From positions 930,001 through 962,000 of the forward strand of contig JAXLZO010000001.1 of NCBI GenBank assembly GCA_046350815.1: a stretch of 32,000 nucleotides of DNA. Direction: 5' to 3'. Within the stretch, counting starts at the first letter, position 1, and every line of letters begins with the position of its first letter. The notes below the pieces were generated by a model. It saw only the letters and a list, made by a program, of their open reading frames with translations, searched no databases and was not told the origin of the DNA. Below, one piece after another: positions 1 through 11,305 of the stretch. The translations under genes and the position numbers were made by a program. This stretch comes from Candidatus Saccharimonadota bacterium (GTDB lineage Bacteria; Patescibacteriota; Gracilibacteria; BD1-5; UBA2023).

Positions 1-808
1 TACCAGGGATACGATCCGTGAGGATGTGATTACTCCACTTGATCTCTTGTTCGACTGCTTGTGCCATCATTTCTCGGATCACTGCCTCGCTATATATCTC
101 AGGAAATTCACGTCTGATCTCACGAATAATATTCGCAAAAAGAGTTACATGGGTAAGTTCATCACGACGAATATAGGCAATCATACGACCAGTTGCCGCC
201 ATACGACCATTGTCTGCGAGGGTATCAAAGAATGCAAATCCATTGTAGAAATAGAGTGATTCGAGGAGAAAATTCGCGATCATAGCACGGAAAAAATTCG
301 CATCCGTAGGATCATCTCGAAAATCCTCATAAATCGATCCAATATACTGGTTGCGCTCGAGGAGAATCTTATCATCTCGCCAGAAATTATAGATCTCTTC
401 TCGCTCAGCACTCTCGACCACACTCTCGAGAATGGTTGCATAGCTTTGTGAATGTATTGCCTCTTGGTAGGCTTGTATCGAGAGAAGGAGCTTCACCTCA
501 GGTGCTGTGATATAGTCAGCAAAATTCGGAAGATTTACCGTCTGAATCGAATCGAGAAAGATGAGGAATGATATAATCCCCTTGTATGCACGTTGTTCTT
601 CTTTGCTGAGTGTTGGAAATTGTGACTTGTCTGCATTGAGTCCAGAGACCTTCTCAGGAAGCCAAAAATTCCCCACCATCACCTGATAGAGTGATTTTGC
701 CCAAGCATATCGAGTATTATTGAGATTAAAAAGTCATGTTGTATTACCATGAATGATACTCAGATGAACGTCGTCACCTTGAGGATTAAAGAGCTTATTC
801 TTTTGCAT
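1..808 (-). CDS. nrdB: Ribonucleotide reductase class Ia small (beta) subunit. The C-terminal part runs off the window start.
   Basis: Minus-strand translation from ATG (808-806) gives MQKNKLFNPQGDDVHLSIIHGNTT[TGA=G]LFNLNNTRYAWAKSLYQVMVGNFWLPEKV... It contains the di-iron ligand motifs EAIHSQSY and RRDELTH and the FYNGFAFF block typical of NrdB. The frame stays open to base 1. Confidence 0.9.
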
Positions 809-817
809 AGAGATATA

Positions 818-1303
818 TTATTTGCGTAACAAATTAATCTGGCGAACGAGACTCTCTTCGAGGGCTGAGAGTCGCTCAAGTTGTTTGGTTTCGAGATTTT
901 GATGTTCTTGAATCTCCTGCAGATCATGAAGTGCTTTTTCAAAGTTCTCATACATCTCCATCTGCATCTTGCGAATATCCTTACCTTTGGACATGCGCCT
1001 CTCGATGAAGAGTGCTCCCGTATAGGCAAATATTGGAAGTGCGACAATAGCATAACACATCGCGAGTACCTTGCCTATATCCGTATGCGGAGCAAAATCA
1101 CCATACCCAACACTCGCTACCGTAATCACGGTAAAATAGAGGCTATCAAGTAGAGTCCATCACTCGATGAGATGAAATGCATATGCTCCGATACAAATAA
1201 GTGTTAGGAGTAACAGTACCTCTAACTGAATCAGTGATGGGAGCGAAAGTCTATTGAGCCAAGCCCTGAGGCGAGTTATATGAATGGTGTATTTGAGGGA
1301 CAT
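818..1303 (-). CDS. Small 2-TM potassium channel (KcsA-like pore) with a C-terminal coiled-coil tail, 161 aa
   Basis: ATG at 1303-1301 and TAA at 820-818. The sequence ...FHLIE[TGA=G]WTLLDSLYFTVITVASVGYGDFAPHT... carries the pore helix and the K+ selectivity filter (SVGYGD). The in-frame TGA at 1162-1160 restores the common E-G-W pre-pore motif. The tail KMQMEMYENFEKALHDLQEIQEHQNLETKQLERL looks like a coiled coil. Confidence 0.85.
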
Positions 1304-1360
1304 AGGAATATTAATACAAACTCTCAATTTGCCCCCTTACCATATTGATTATATTCGATA

Positions 1361-1380
1361 CATTGTTTATTGAAACAATG
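1361..1380 (-). other. Perfect 8-bp hairpin (CATTGTTT-ATTG-AAACAATG) directly downstream of the membrane-protein stop, with no U-tract
   Basis: Read directly from the sequence. It lies in the 77-nt gap between the stop at 1381-1383 and the K-channel start at 1303. The function is unknown; it could be an RNA processing or attenuation element. Confidence 0.35.
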
Positions 1381-2316
1381 CTACAAGCAGTATATACCAT
1401 ATATTCCAAAAATTATTCCAGAAATAATCGTAAATAGAATTAATGATAAAAGTCTTTTTCTTCTATTTTTCAAAATAATACTAATAGCAAACGCAGATAT
1501 TACTGCGATTAAAGTATTAAGTATATCCGTGATAATATACAATTGTTGTTTCCATTTATAGATTTCATTAGAGTTATATCATCAATCGATTCACGATTTA
1601 TGTTGTCCTGACGCCCATTTTATAGCATCTTGAAGTGATGTCAGAGATCCATTTATATCAAGGTGTATATTTGTTGCTATTAGATCAAATAAATAGTTAT
1701 CTACTTCAAATAATTCTCATAAAAAAAATAACAAAAAAGATACGAGCATAACATAGAGTAATATCTCAAAAAATTGGGCTAATTTTTGTTTTAAGGGTTT
1801 ATCACTCTTCCAAAACCAGAGTAGATCAAATCCAAGAATAGAAGTCCATATGAATCAACATAACCCATGCTTATTTGACTCAATCAAACTCAGCTTATAG
1901 GAATCACTCGCACGAATTTTTGGAGCTATTTCTTTCCATAAAAAATAAAGGAAATAAATAGCGAGAATAAATATGCATCAAGGCCATAATACAAAATAGA
2001 AACTTACTCAAGTATCAATAAAGTAGATACTAAATGAAGCAATGTAAGCTGCTAGTATAAATAAACCGTATTTCTTAGAAAAACTTCTTGTGCTTTCGCT
2101 AGAATAAAAGAATGCATAGTAAATACACACCTGTGCTAATGCTATTATATGTACTAAAGCAAATGGGCTTATCTCTGAACCCAAATCAGGTATTATTATA
2201 AAAACACCTGATAATGGATCTAGGATTGCAATTATTATCATTGAAATAGTAGCACCCAAGAACCAAAGAAAACTAGCTCATAAGAGTTTTCCTAGAAATA
2301 CAAAAAACTTTTTCAT
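1381..2316 (-). CDS. Hypothetical multi-pass membrane protein, 311 aa
   Basis: ATG at 2316-2314 and TAG at 1383-1381, 312 codons in one frame with 8 in-frame TGA codons. It has several long hydrophobic segments, for example GATISMIIIAILDPLSGVFIII, LFILAAYIASFSIYFI and LLYVMLVSFLLFFL. No family was recognised. Confidence 0.6.
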
Positions 2317-2331
2317 ATTTTTTAAAAATAA

Positions 2332-4890
2332 CTATCCACTACAACTCACACATCCCTCGACCTCTGCTGAGAGTGATCGTACGTAGTAGACAGTCTTCAC
2401 TCCCTGTCTCCACGCCTTAAAATAGTAACTGTAGAGTTCTGCTGGGGATACACGAGCTGGGTCGATCATCCATTCGAATGAGATAGATTGATCGATCCAC
2501 TTGTAGATCACGGAGATCATATCAATCACATCGTTCATATCCATATTTGTATATTCCTTGTAGAGCCAGAAATTCTCAGCAGAGAGCTTCGGTGCTACAC
2601 GGATCGATGTCGTAAGATTGGTCTCGACGAAGTACTTCTTATAAATGGGTAAAAGTGCTGCTGTCGTACCAACAAGCCCCGCCGTTGACGTATTCGGTGC
2701 TGGACCAAAGAGATAACCAAATCGGATACCATTCTTCTCGAGAGCATCGAACACTTCGCTCCATTCAGCACTGTAGGATGAGTTCGTCATATAGTGAGCA
2801 CGATCATGAGAGAGAATTTTGCCCTTCGAATATTCAGATCATTCATAGAGCGGATATGCTCACCTCTCCCCTGCTATCGCAATACTTGACTTAAACACTT
2901 CAAGTGCAAATACTTCAAAGAGATCATCCGCATGAAGACGTGCCTTCTCACTGTCATAGGCATATCCATTCGTCGCAAGGTATTCAGCAAAGCCAAGATA
3001 TCCAAGTGCTACTGGACGGTATCGGTGAGCTGTGCGCTCTGCCTCCTTGATCGGATAGAGATTGAGTGAGATAACATTATCGAGTGCTCGCATCACGAGT
3101 GGGATGACTCGCGCAATTGTCTCTCGATCATGTACCTTGGCAATATTGATGGACGCAAGATTACACGTGACGAGATCACCTGGTTGATACTTAATCGAGA
3201 GTTCGTCTCATTCAAGGGTCTCATCGATGAATTTTGATGGAGATGAATTCTGACAGATCTCAGTACAGAGTTGTGTTGAATAGATATTCCCTGCATGACG
3301 ATTTGCATTGTGCTTGTTGACTGTATCACGGTAGAACACATATGGCATACCAGTCTCAACTGCGGTCTTGAGGAATTTTTTGAAGAGATCTTTGGCGCTG
3401 ATTTCTTTCTTGAGAGTGATACGATCATCCTTCTCGAGCTTCTCATAGAACGCATCAAATTCTGCTCCAAAGTGATCCTCGAGAGAGATACCATAAATCA
3501 TCTTGACCTCATGCGGATCAAAGAGGGTCCATGACTCATTTGCTTCAACACGACGCATAAAAATATCCGGAACCGAAATAGCAGGAAAGACATCAAATGC
3601 CTTCGATCGGATATCTCCCGTCTCAGTCTGGAGATCGAGAAAGTCATAGATATCAAGATGCCAAACATCGAGTGTCACGGATATTGCTCCAAGGCGAGCA
3701 CCAAGCTGGTTCACCGCAATACCTGTATCATTGATCACCTTCGTCCATGGTGTAACACCACCAGACGCACCTACAACACCACGTATGTGTGAACCCTTTG
3801 ATCGGATATGTCCAAGATAGCTTCCAATACCACCACCGAACTTCGATATCTGCGCCATATTCTCGATACCATGATAGATACCACGAAGATCATCATCAAT
3901 ATTTATCTTAAAACAACTCGAGAGCTGCGCAAAGTTGGTACGAGCATTGAGGAGTGTCGGAGTTGGGAGTGATATTTCACCTGTAGCACATGCGCGATAG
4001 AGTGCCTTGGCAAAGCTAAGACGATCCTCTGGCTTCTCAGCGAGAGCAAGAAAGAGTGCGACTGAGAGATACATCTCTTGAGGGAGTTCTTTCTTCTTGA
4101 TAAGATAGCGTTTTGTTAGGCTATGAATCGTGGTATATCGATATCCGAGATCGATGGATTTATCAAGTACGCTTGCCGCGTCCATCAGATCTTCATCTGT
4201 ATATTCAGCAAAACGTGTGTTGTATTTGCCAGACTTAGTCAGCGATCGAACAAGATCTCGATATCCTTCTGGAGAGTACTTACGTCCGAGTTCCTTGTAG
4301 AGATCAAAGAGCTTGATACGAGCAGCAATATGCTCCCAATCAATATTCTCGATGGTAACAAGATCAATACACGTCTTAATAAGAAGTCTTGAGATATCCT
4401 TGGTGGAAATATCAGCGACAATATTCTTCTTAAACGCTTGCTTGAGATCCTCAAAACTACAAGTTTTCTCATATCACTGAGATGCTCGATCAAAGAGCTT
4501 GTGGATTTTCTCAATTTCGAAGAGTTCTTTGCTTCCGTCTTTCTTGGTTACAAAAAGATTTGATTTCTCGAATTTCTTTTGGAGTTTTTCACGATATTCT
4601 TCCCGTTCTTCAGCCCGCTTAGACCGATAAACGATGTATTCTTTTGCGACTTCATAACATCCTTGCTGCATGAGAGCTTGTTCTACCATATCCTGAATCT
4701 TCTCAATTCCTATTTTGGAATCATCATGTCCACAGATCAAATAAATCTCACGAGTGACAATATCAGTAACATTTTCAACATCACATTGGTGACCATTAAT
4801 AGCTGTTACAGCGAGCTCTATAGCTCGAGTGATTCGGCTTGGATCGAACTCTTCGACGGATCCGTTTCGTTTGATTACCTGAATTTGCAT
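2332..4890 (-). CDS. nrdA: Ribonucleotide reductase class Ia large (alpha) subunit with an N-terminal ATP-cone, 852 aa
   Basis: Four ORF-track fragments (4474-4908, 3208-4185, 2860-3096, 2332-2790) share one frame and are joined only by TGA. The N-terminus MQIQVIKRNGSVEEFDPSRITRAIELAV is an ATP-cone. Internal motifs include CNLASINI and GGGIGSYLGHIRSKGS. The C-terminal tail is CVSCSG (CxxC). The stop is TAG. Confidence 0.93.
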
Positions 4891-4902
4891 ATTTGCATAA
4901 AA

Positions 4903-4918
4903 ACACAAGATATAGTGG
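4903..4918 (-). promoter_or_regulatory. NrdR box, proximal (ACACAAGATATAGTGG)
   Basis: Matches the published 16-bp NrdR palindrome consensus acaCwAtATaTwGtgt at 14 of 16 positions. It lies 13 bp upstream of the nrdA ATG. Confidence 0.6.
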
Positions 4919-4934
4919 TGGAGATTTTATAAAA

Positions 4935-4950
4935 ACACTATATATAGTAA
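4935..4950 (-). promoter_or_regulatory. NrdR box, distal (ACACTATATATAGTAA)
   Basis: Matches the NrdR consensus at 14 of 16 positions. It is offset 32 bp (about 3 helical turns) from the proximal box, which is the classical tandem arrangement. On the minus strand it overlaps a plausible -35/-10 pair (TTTACT ... TAAAAT). Confidence 0.6.
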
Positions 4951-5003
4951 ATATTGACTTTTAAAAAAAATGAAGATTTTGCTTCTAGAAGCCAAAACAA
5001 GGC

Positions 5004-5034
5004 AAAAAAATACGATTGACAGTTGGCAATCGTA
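5004..5034 (-). terminator. Rho-independent terminator after the 5047-6180 gene
   Basis: The minus-strand RNA reads TACGATTG-CCAACTGT-CAATCGTA followed by TTTTTTT. It starts 13 nt after the TAA at 5047-5049. Confidence 0.6.
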
Positions 5035-5046
5035 TGGGTTATGAAC

Positions 5047-6180
5047 TTATTTAATAGGATTTATGGGTGAAAGAATGATTTTTTGAATCGAATTATCCTC
5101 ATTGAGAAATGAGAGGATTTCTCCAGAAATATTCGTTAAAGGTCATGCCGCGATTTCTTTTACACGCTTCTCATATGGCTGATAGAGATACGATGCATGC
5201 AGAGTTGAGAGAATATAAGCATGCTCATAGACAAATACCTTCATAGGAGCATCGAATCTATCATTGAGCACTACTCTACGAAAGAGCTCATCATAGAATA
5301 CGAGAGATCCATCAGCCTTAAGTACAAAGAGATCACCTCCGATACTCTGAATATATTTGATATTCTTATCCTCTTGATTCAGCGTAAGCTCTCGGTTTTT
5401 CCCCAGTGGAAGTATCGTACCCGATGAAGTAAGGAGATAGCTTCCACCAATATAGTTAAAGATATGTCGGATGGATCCAGAGTAACCAGTGGGTAGCGCA
5501 AAAATATCATTTCAGAAATATTCTCTTGGGATCGTCACAAATCATGATAGAGTATATCCCACCTCATTTGCAAGCATAGGAGTAATCACTGTGTTTGTTC
5601 AAGCAATCTTAATCGATCAAGAAAGCGTGCTGCTTCCGTATTTGTATTGTTGCACCTGCTTGCAATTTCGCTTATCTTGCAAATACACCGTGCCAATTCA
5701 AAGACAGAGAGACTCTTCTTTCTTCTCTCATGTATTTTCTGATATTTTATAAATTCTTGGATCACTTAGAAGACTAAAATTTCGTCGAATAAACTGATGT
5801 TCATTTTGTACCTCAAAATCAAAATCAATAGAATCAGCACTTCATCACTCTATATGTATATGATGTAGTCCATAGGAGATTTTTTCTTGGATGATTTTTT
5901 TGTTCAGATCACCATGATCCAGAGATATACTGATAGCATCTGATTGTGTATCAATAAGTACAAATCAGAAACGCTCCAAGAACTCTGAGCTCTTTGGAGC
6001 AAGTATTGATCCAGAAAGATATCATTTTTGAGGAAGCAAACGAACAACATCAAAATTGATAGTCCAACCGTTACAGTATGCAAACATCCAAAGAGCAAAA
6101 ATCCACGTGATTATCCAAAAAGTTGCATGGATAGCATGATAGGGTGAACGTTCCTTTCGGAGTATGTGTCAAATATTCAT
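5047..6180 (-). CDS. Hypothetical protein with an N-terminal membrane anchor, 377 aa
   Basis: ATG at 6180-6178 and TAA at 5049-5047, 378 codons in one frame with about a dozen in-frame TGA codons. The N-terminus has a hydrophobic segment (ATFWIITWIFALWMFAY). The gene starts 15 nt after the GT2 stop, so it is probably co-transcribed. No family was recognised. Confidence 0.55.
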
Positions 6181-6195
6181 AGGTTGCTCTAAAAA

Positions 6196-7674
6196 TTAGA
6201 CTCGATCAAGTTTTTTTGTCACATCAAAGGAATCAAGTCTTCGTCCAAAGAAAAGCCGCATCTGACTTTCAATAGCAGGTATAGAGAAGAGCGTGAGGAT
6301 GAGAAGTGGAACAAAAAGCCATTGGATCGTATTCACAAAATAATCCCATGGACCAAATTTTTCATATTTTCTCATCATCGTCAGAGAAAAAACAGTCGGT
6401 ATAGCAACAGAAATTGTCAGAAACGTAAATATTCCAGATACAACCAATGGAACGGTAAAGATGAGGAGTGATGCTTGATGTATCTCAAAAAAAGTAGGGA
6501 TACTGCTCATATAAAAGAGCACTACGGGACCCGCCGACCAAAAAAGATGATTAAATAGTAGATAAAAAAACTTTCTGAACTTCTCACGAAATGGAATTTT
6601 TGGTCTCTTTATAAACTCAGGAACAACATATTCAATATCACTGCAACCCCACGACCAACGTCGCAGTTGTTTGTACTGTGCGTAGAGCGTCTTATGAAGA
6701 CTTGTATCTTCAACAAGATCCATATGACATACAGCGAGCGTAGGTATAACTCGAAATTGTCCATCCCAAGCAAAATATGACCTCCAATATTGCAGTCCGT
6801 CTTCTACTATGGAATAGAGATCCCAATAATCTGATTTTTGAAGACAATGAAGCGACATTCCATAAACAGCAAAATTACGAAAAAACTCAGGATTCTGAGA
6901 TTCATTCATTTGCCAAAAGGTTGTATTCATAGCAACAATACGAGCAAAAAAATGACCACGAAGCCAATTATTTGAATAAATAGGTGTGTATTGAAAAATG
7001 GCTTGATCGCGCGCTTCAGTATTCAAAAACGTATGTGTAACAACGGAAAGAAAATTCTTTTCGACGACAGTATCAGCATCGATTGTTGATACAAATGTAT
7101 TCATAGGGTCGAGATGTTTCATCTGCTCTATTTGCTTCATAGCATAAGTGATGTTTGCAGACTTCACCTTTCATTCATTTTTCCGACCATCTGGATGAAT
7201 AATTTTTACAAGATGAAATGACACAACACTCTCCAATCGATGCATGAGTTCATGAGCAATTTGCACCGCTTGTGATGATCTTCCTTCAGCACAAAGAACG
7301 ACTGTCAGATTTTCCTTATGTGGGTAATCATTATTTTCAAATGCTTTTACTGCCATCTCTACAACAGAATACGGTTCATTGTAGAATGGTATGAGAACAA
7401 TATGCATGAGATCTTTTGCATCATTTCGGACAATGTTTGTCTGAGCATATGGAAAAAGAAGAGATCTCTTGATCGTAAAAAAAGATCTTGTAAGAAAAAA
7501 ATAGGACTTAAAAACCTTTACTCACCAAAACGCTATAAAAAATGATATGAATGCAAGTCCAAGTTGTGGGTGTATTTTGTAACAAACGATCGGTAGCAGG
7601 AGAAGTCAAAAGAACGCAATACCCGGAATTTTTGAGAGAACCGATTGTTTTGTATACCAATGTCAAGAACGCAT
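6196..7674 (-). CDS. Membrane-bound processive family-2 glycosyltransferase (cellulose/chitin-synthase-like), 492 aa
   Basis: Fragments 7171-7407 and 6196-7167 are in one frame. Extending upstream through three TGA codons reaches ATG 7674 and adds N-terminal TM helices. Motifs are IPFYNE, G[TGA]KVKSAN, TIDADT (the DxD class) and QYKQLRRWSWG (QxxRW). C-terminal TM helices are present. Confidence 0.8.
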
Positions 7675-7709
7675 ACAAATGAAAAAATATAGGCATCACT
7701 GCCTATGGA

Positions 7710-8756
7710 TTAGTAGTTAAGAGTAGCAATAATCGTATCAATAATTTTTTTTGATTGAGCGGTCTGAGTTACATCTTCAAGAACAAAAGTAGAGTCTCAT
7801 TTACCAATATAATAACGTGAATCAATTTTAACAGCTGTCTGTCATTGAAGTTCGCTCAAAAGTTTTCATCGATAAAAATCAACAACCACATCACTATCGG
7901 CACGGCTAGTAGGTTCGGAAGATGATTTTAATGTTATTTCATGGGTTACTCATTTTGGAGCTATAAATCAGTGAAAAAAAGTTGCCACAGGGAAACTATA
8001 AGAATAATTGTATTCCTTCTTAGTATACGTTGCTATTTTTAATTTTGGATCAAGAAGATAAGAATTCATATCGAGTACTACAACATTTGCTGCGGCAATA
8101 TTCGTATTATTTATGGGCTCTATTTTTGCTGAAGTGGATCAAGTCATTCATTGAGGGGGAATGATTATTCAAGTAGAAGCAGAAATGGAAGATATATCAT
8201 TATCATCACTCAAGCCTGCGGAATTTCCTGTTGAGGAGAGCATGCTATTATCGAGCGATGATGTAGATCATGTAGACTCGGTGGATCCAGTATCTCATTG
8301 TGAGCCAGTAAGCACGGACAAGGTGATATCATTGGTTGGCGTAAGACATTCTCCATCGTGTGCAATAATAACCTTTGAATTTTCTGCTAGACAAGCATTC
8401 TTGTATGTTAATCCATTCACACCACACACTAATCTTTCTCACGCATCACACAATACATTATCATTAGACATTTTCTCCCCTCTCGCATCTTTGTCATTTC
8501 AAGAATAGTTACTTACTTGTGAGAGGAAAATACTCAATCCAACAATCAGTGCAAGTGCAGATAGAAAAGCAATAATGAGAGGAATTTTTGAATTTTTTTC
8601 CTCAGGCGTCAGCTCGTCCTCAAGAGCTTGATATGTTTCAACAGCGCTAAGATGCTTCTTGGAGAGTGGTTTCACCAAAGAAGTTTCTTCTCAAATCTCT
8701 AAATTTTTGTTTGCTTTTCCAGTATTTGCCTTGGTCTTTTTGGGGTTTGTTTCCAT
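7710..8756 (-). CDS. Single-pass membrane protein with an extracytoplasmic Kazal-like domain, a Ser/Thr/Gly-rich linker and an unknown C-terminal domain, 348 aa
   Basis: ATG at 8756-8754 and TAA at 7712-7710, 349 codons. The TM segment is IPLIIAFLSALALIVGLSIFL. The Kazal core is C-DA[G]ERLV-C-GVNGLTYKNA-C-LAENSKVIIAHDGE-C, with canonical C2-x7-C3 and C3-x10-C4 spacings and the VCG..G.TY.N.C signature. The gene is invisible in the standard-code track because it contains about 10 TGA codons. Confidence 0.7.
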
Positions 8757-9010
8757 AAGGAAGGATAAAAATACGCTTCTATCTTACCTTTTTTCGAGAA
8801 AAAGCAATTTCAAAGCCTCTTGAAACTTCAAATGAAATCATTAAGCTTCTGATTGTTTTTGATATTTTCTATGAAACGATCCTCACTTTTCTCTCGGAGA
8901 AAAATATTAACATGGGTCTTTGAATCACGAGTACTGAGATCGTTTATCCAAAAATCTCCTTTAGCAGCAAAATTAAGAATCCAAAAAATCTTCCCTCTTA
9001 TCCTTATTGT

Positions 9011-10468
9011 ATGATCCAAATATTTAATACCTTATCTCGAGAAAAAGAATCGTTCAAACCACTTAAACAAGAAGTAGTCAAAATCTACTCATGTGGGCCA
9101 ACACCATATAATTTTGCCCATATTGGGAATATGCGAGCCTATCTCTTTGAAGATTTGGTCATTCGCACGATTGAATATGCTGGATACAAAACACAAACCG
9201 TGATGAATATCACTGATATTGATGACAAGACGATCCGTGATAGCCAGGCACATAATATCAGTCGTGATGAACTCACAGAGAAATATACGAAGGCATTTCT
9301 GAATGATCTCGATCTTCTTAATATCCATCAAGCACACGATATTGTACCAATATCTACCCTTGTCGATGAAATGGTGATGATGATACAAGGTCTCCTTGAT
9401 AAGGATTATGCTTATCTTGCGGAAGATGGAAGTATCTACTATTCTGTAGATAAATTTCCAAACTACGGAAATCTTGCTCATATTGATAGATCAAATCTTA
9501 TCTCCGGAGTCCGTATCAAAAATGATGAATACGGAAAAGATCAAGCGTCCGACTTTGCTCTCTGGAAATGATACGATATAAGTGATGGACCAAATTTTTG
9601 GGAGCCAACCTTCCGTATTGGTGCGAACGAAGTTAAGCTCAAGTGAAGACCGGGATGGCATATCGAATGTAGTGCATGTAACCTAAAATATCTAGGTGAA
9701 CAAATTGATATTCACATGGGTGCAGTGGACAATATCTTTCCACATCATCAAAACGAAATTGCTCAAACAGAGTCCTACACTGGAAAAACATTCTCGAAGT
9801 ATTGGCTTCACGCAGGTCACCTCCTTGTAGATAACAAAAAGATGGCAAAATCTGCTGGGAATTTCTATACCCTTCAAGATATTATCAATGAGTGAGGAAA
9901 ACTTGGTCTCGATGCAAAAATGGTAGCACGATCATTTCGCCTTATGACGCTTCAATCACTCTATCGGGATAATTTTAATTTTGGATTTGATCGTCTTGTT
10001 TCATGTGGCGCAACGATTCGTTCGTTTGATGATTTCTTCCGTCGAATCAAGCGTACTAACTTCCCTGCTTGAAAAGTTCGCCGTAATTTCTCAAGCAATC
10101 TTCAAGCAATTATTCAAGACTATAGCGAATGTCTCTTTGATGATTTTCGAAGTAATGACGCTCTCGTAACTGTACATGAAGCTATCGGGTATTTTCAGAG
10201 AGAGATTGATATGGAATCACTCAACCTCTCTGAGAAGAACGCAATTCTATCACTCTTTGAAACACTTGATAGTGTGCTTGGGATATTTGATTTTTCTCTT
10301 CTTACAGAGGAGGAAATTCCAGAAAATATTCATCTCCTAGCAGCATCTCGTAGTGAAGCAAAAAAAGAAAAGCGCTACGGCGATGCGGATGCAGTACGAA
10401 AACAAATTGAAGAGCTTGGCTATAATATCATAGATACTGCAACCGGTTATAGTCTGGAAAAAAATTAA
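9011..10468 (+). CDS. cysS: Cysteinyl-tRNA synthetase, 485 aa
   Basis: The N-terminus [17 protein letters not shown] is followed by the HIGN class I motif ([10 protein letters not shown]), K[TGA=G]RPGWHIECS (TGA at 9644-9646) and the KMSKS variant KMAKSAG. The fragments 9011-9571 and 10211-10468 are in one frame and joined only through TGA. The stop is TAA. Confidence 0.95.
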
Positions 10469-10478
10469 CCTCCTTTGT

Positions 10479-11276
10479 ATGTTTTCCATTTGCAAACGCT
10501 CAAACTGCTCATTCATTGAGTGATTCGGACTTTTTATTATTGCACTTTTGACCGTTATAGCAACTGCATTGATTACTATCAAACAGTTCAATGGAGTGAA
10601 TCAAGAAATGATATCAACACATTATTACACCATGATGGTTCCAGCAAATTTTACCTTTCAAATATGGGCTCTCATCTATACAAGCTGGATCTTGCTTGGT
10701 ATGTATCAGACATATATTTCTTGCTCTAGGATCAGCTGGATAAAGAGAATTCGGGAGAAAATCTGAGGAGACATGAGTATGTCAAAATGCTCGATTATCA
10801 CCCTTTCAGTCGTTATGTGTCTGACAGTCTTATGGCTCCTCACATGGCATTTGAGCAATATTGCTCTGAGTTTGATAATTATGTCTGCCATCCTTGCTGT
10901 ATTGAGTTATTGGTGGTATAGCGATCGGTCAAAATCTACAAAATACGCATCATGGGTAATGGAGCTCACGACTGGATGGATTATCGTAGCTATCATTGCA
11001 AATCTCGGTGCATTCTTGGTCTCTGCAGATATTGTCCCTGATATTGTATCTCATAGAATGTTTGTCTACACCATAGGGTTACCTGCACTAACTGCGGCAA
11101 TTGGACTTTTTTTCTACACTCGATCACAGATCGCTCTCGGAGTGCTGACTTGGTCAATTCTTTGACTTCTATCAGCACGATCTGGAGAATCAGTAATACA
11201 AATCATGCTCATCATCCTGTTGGTTATATCAGTCATCCTCAATATGTTTTTGGGTGAAAAGACTATCAAAATCTAA
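10479..11276 (+). CDS. Multi-pass membrane protein, TspO/MBR-related (tryptophan-rich sensory protein-like), 265 aa
   Basis: ATG at 10479 and TAA at 11274-11276. Fragments 10548-10766 and 10773-11165 are in one frame. The motif FNGVNQEMISTHYYTMMVPANFTFQIWALIYTSW resembles the nG..tgeiS..Y...tPAgftFsIWg.IY block of the long TspO-like family. The family assignment is from memory only. Confidence 0.6.
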
Positions 11277-11305
11277 ATAATAAGATTTCAATAACCATTA
11301 AAACT

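Noticed and set aside
7508-7699. 63-aa minus-strand ORF upstream of the GT2 fragments, possibly a separate small gene.
   Set aside because: It is out of frame with the GT2 fragments. The GT2 frame itself extends through three TGA codons to ATG 7674 and yields sensible N-terminal TM helices, so this ORF is an overlapping off-frame artefact.
8161-8508. 115-aa + strand ORF from the track.
   Set aside because: It lies antisense to the better-supported minus-strand Kazal-domain gene (7710-8756). It has odd composition and no motif, so it is an antisense artefact.
8828-9019. 63-aa minus-strand ORF in the cysS upstream region. I also searched the 254-bp cysS leader for a T-box.
   Set aside because: The ORF overlaps the cysS start. 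Under code 25 it would run on into the Kazal gene start in another frame, and it has no motif. I found no T-box core sequence or specifier/antiterminator arrangement in the leader.
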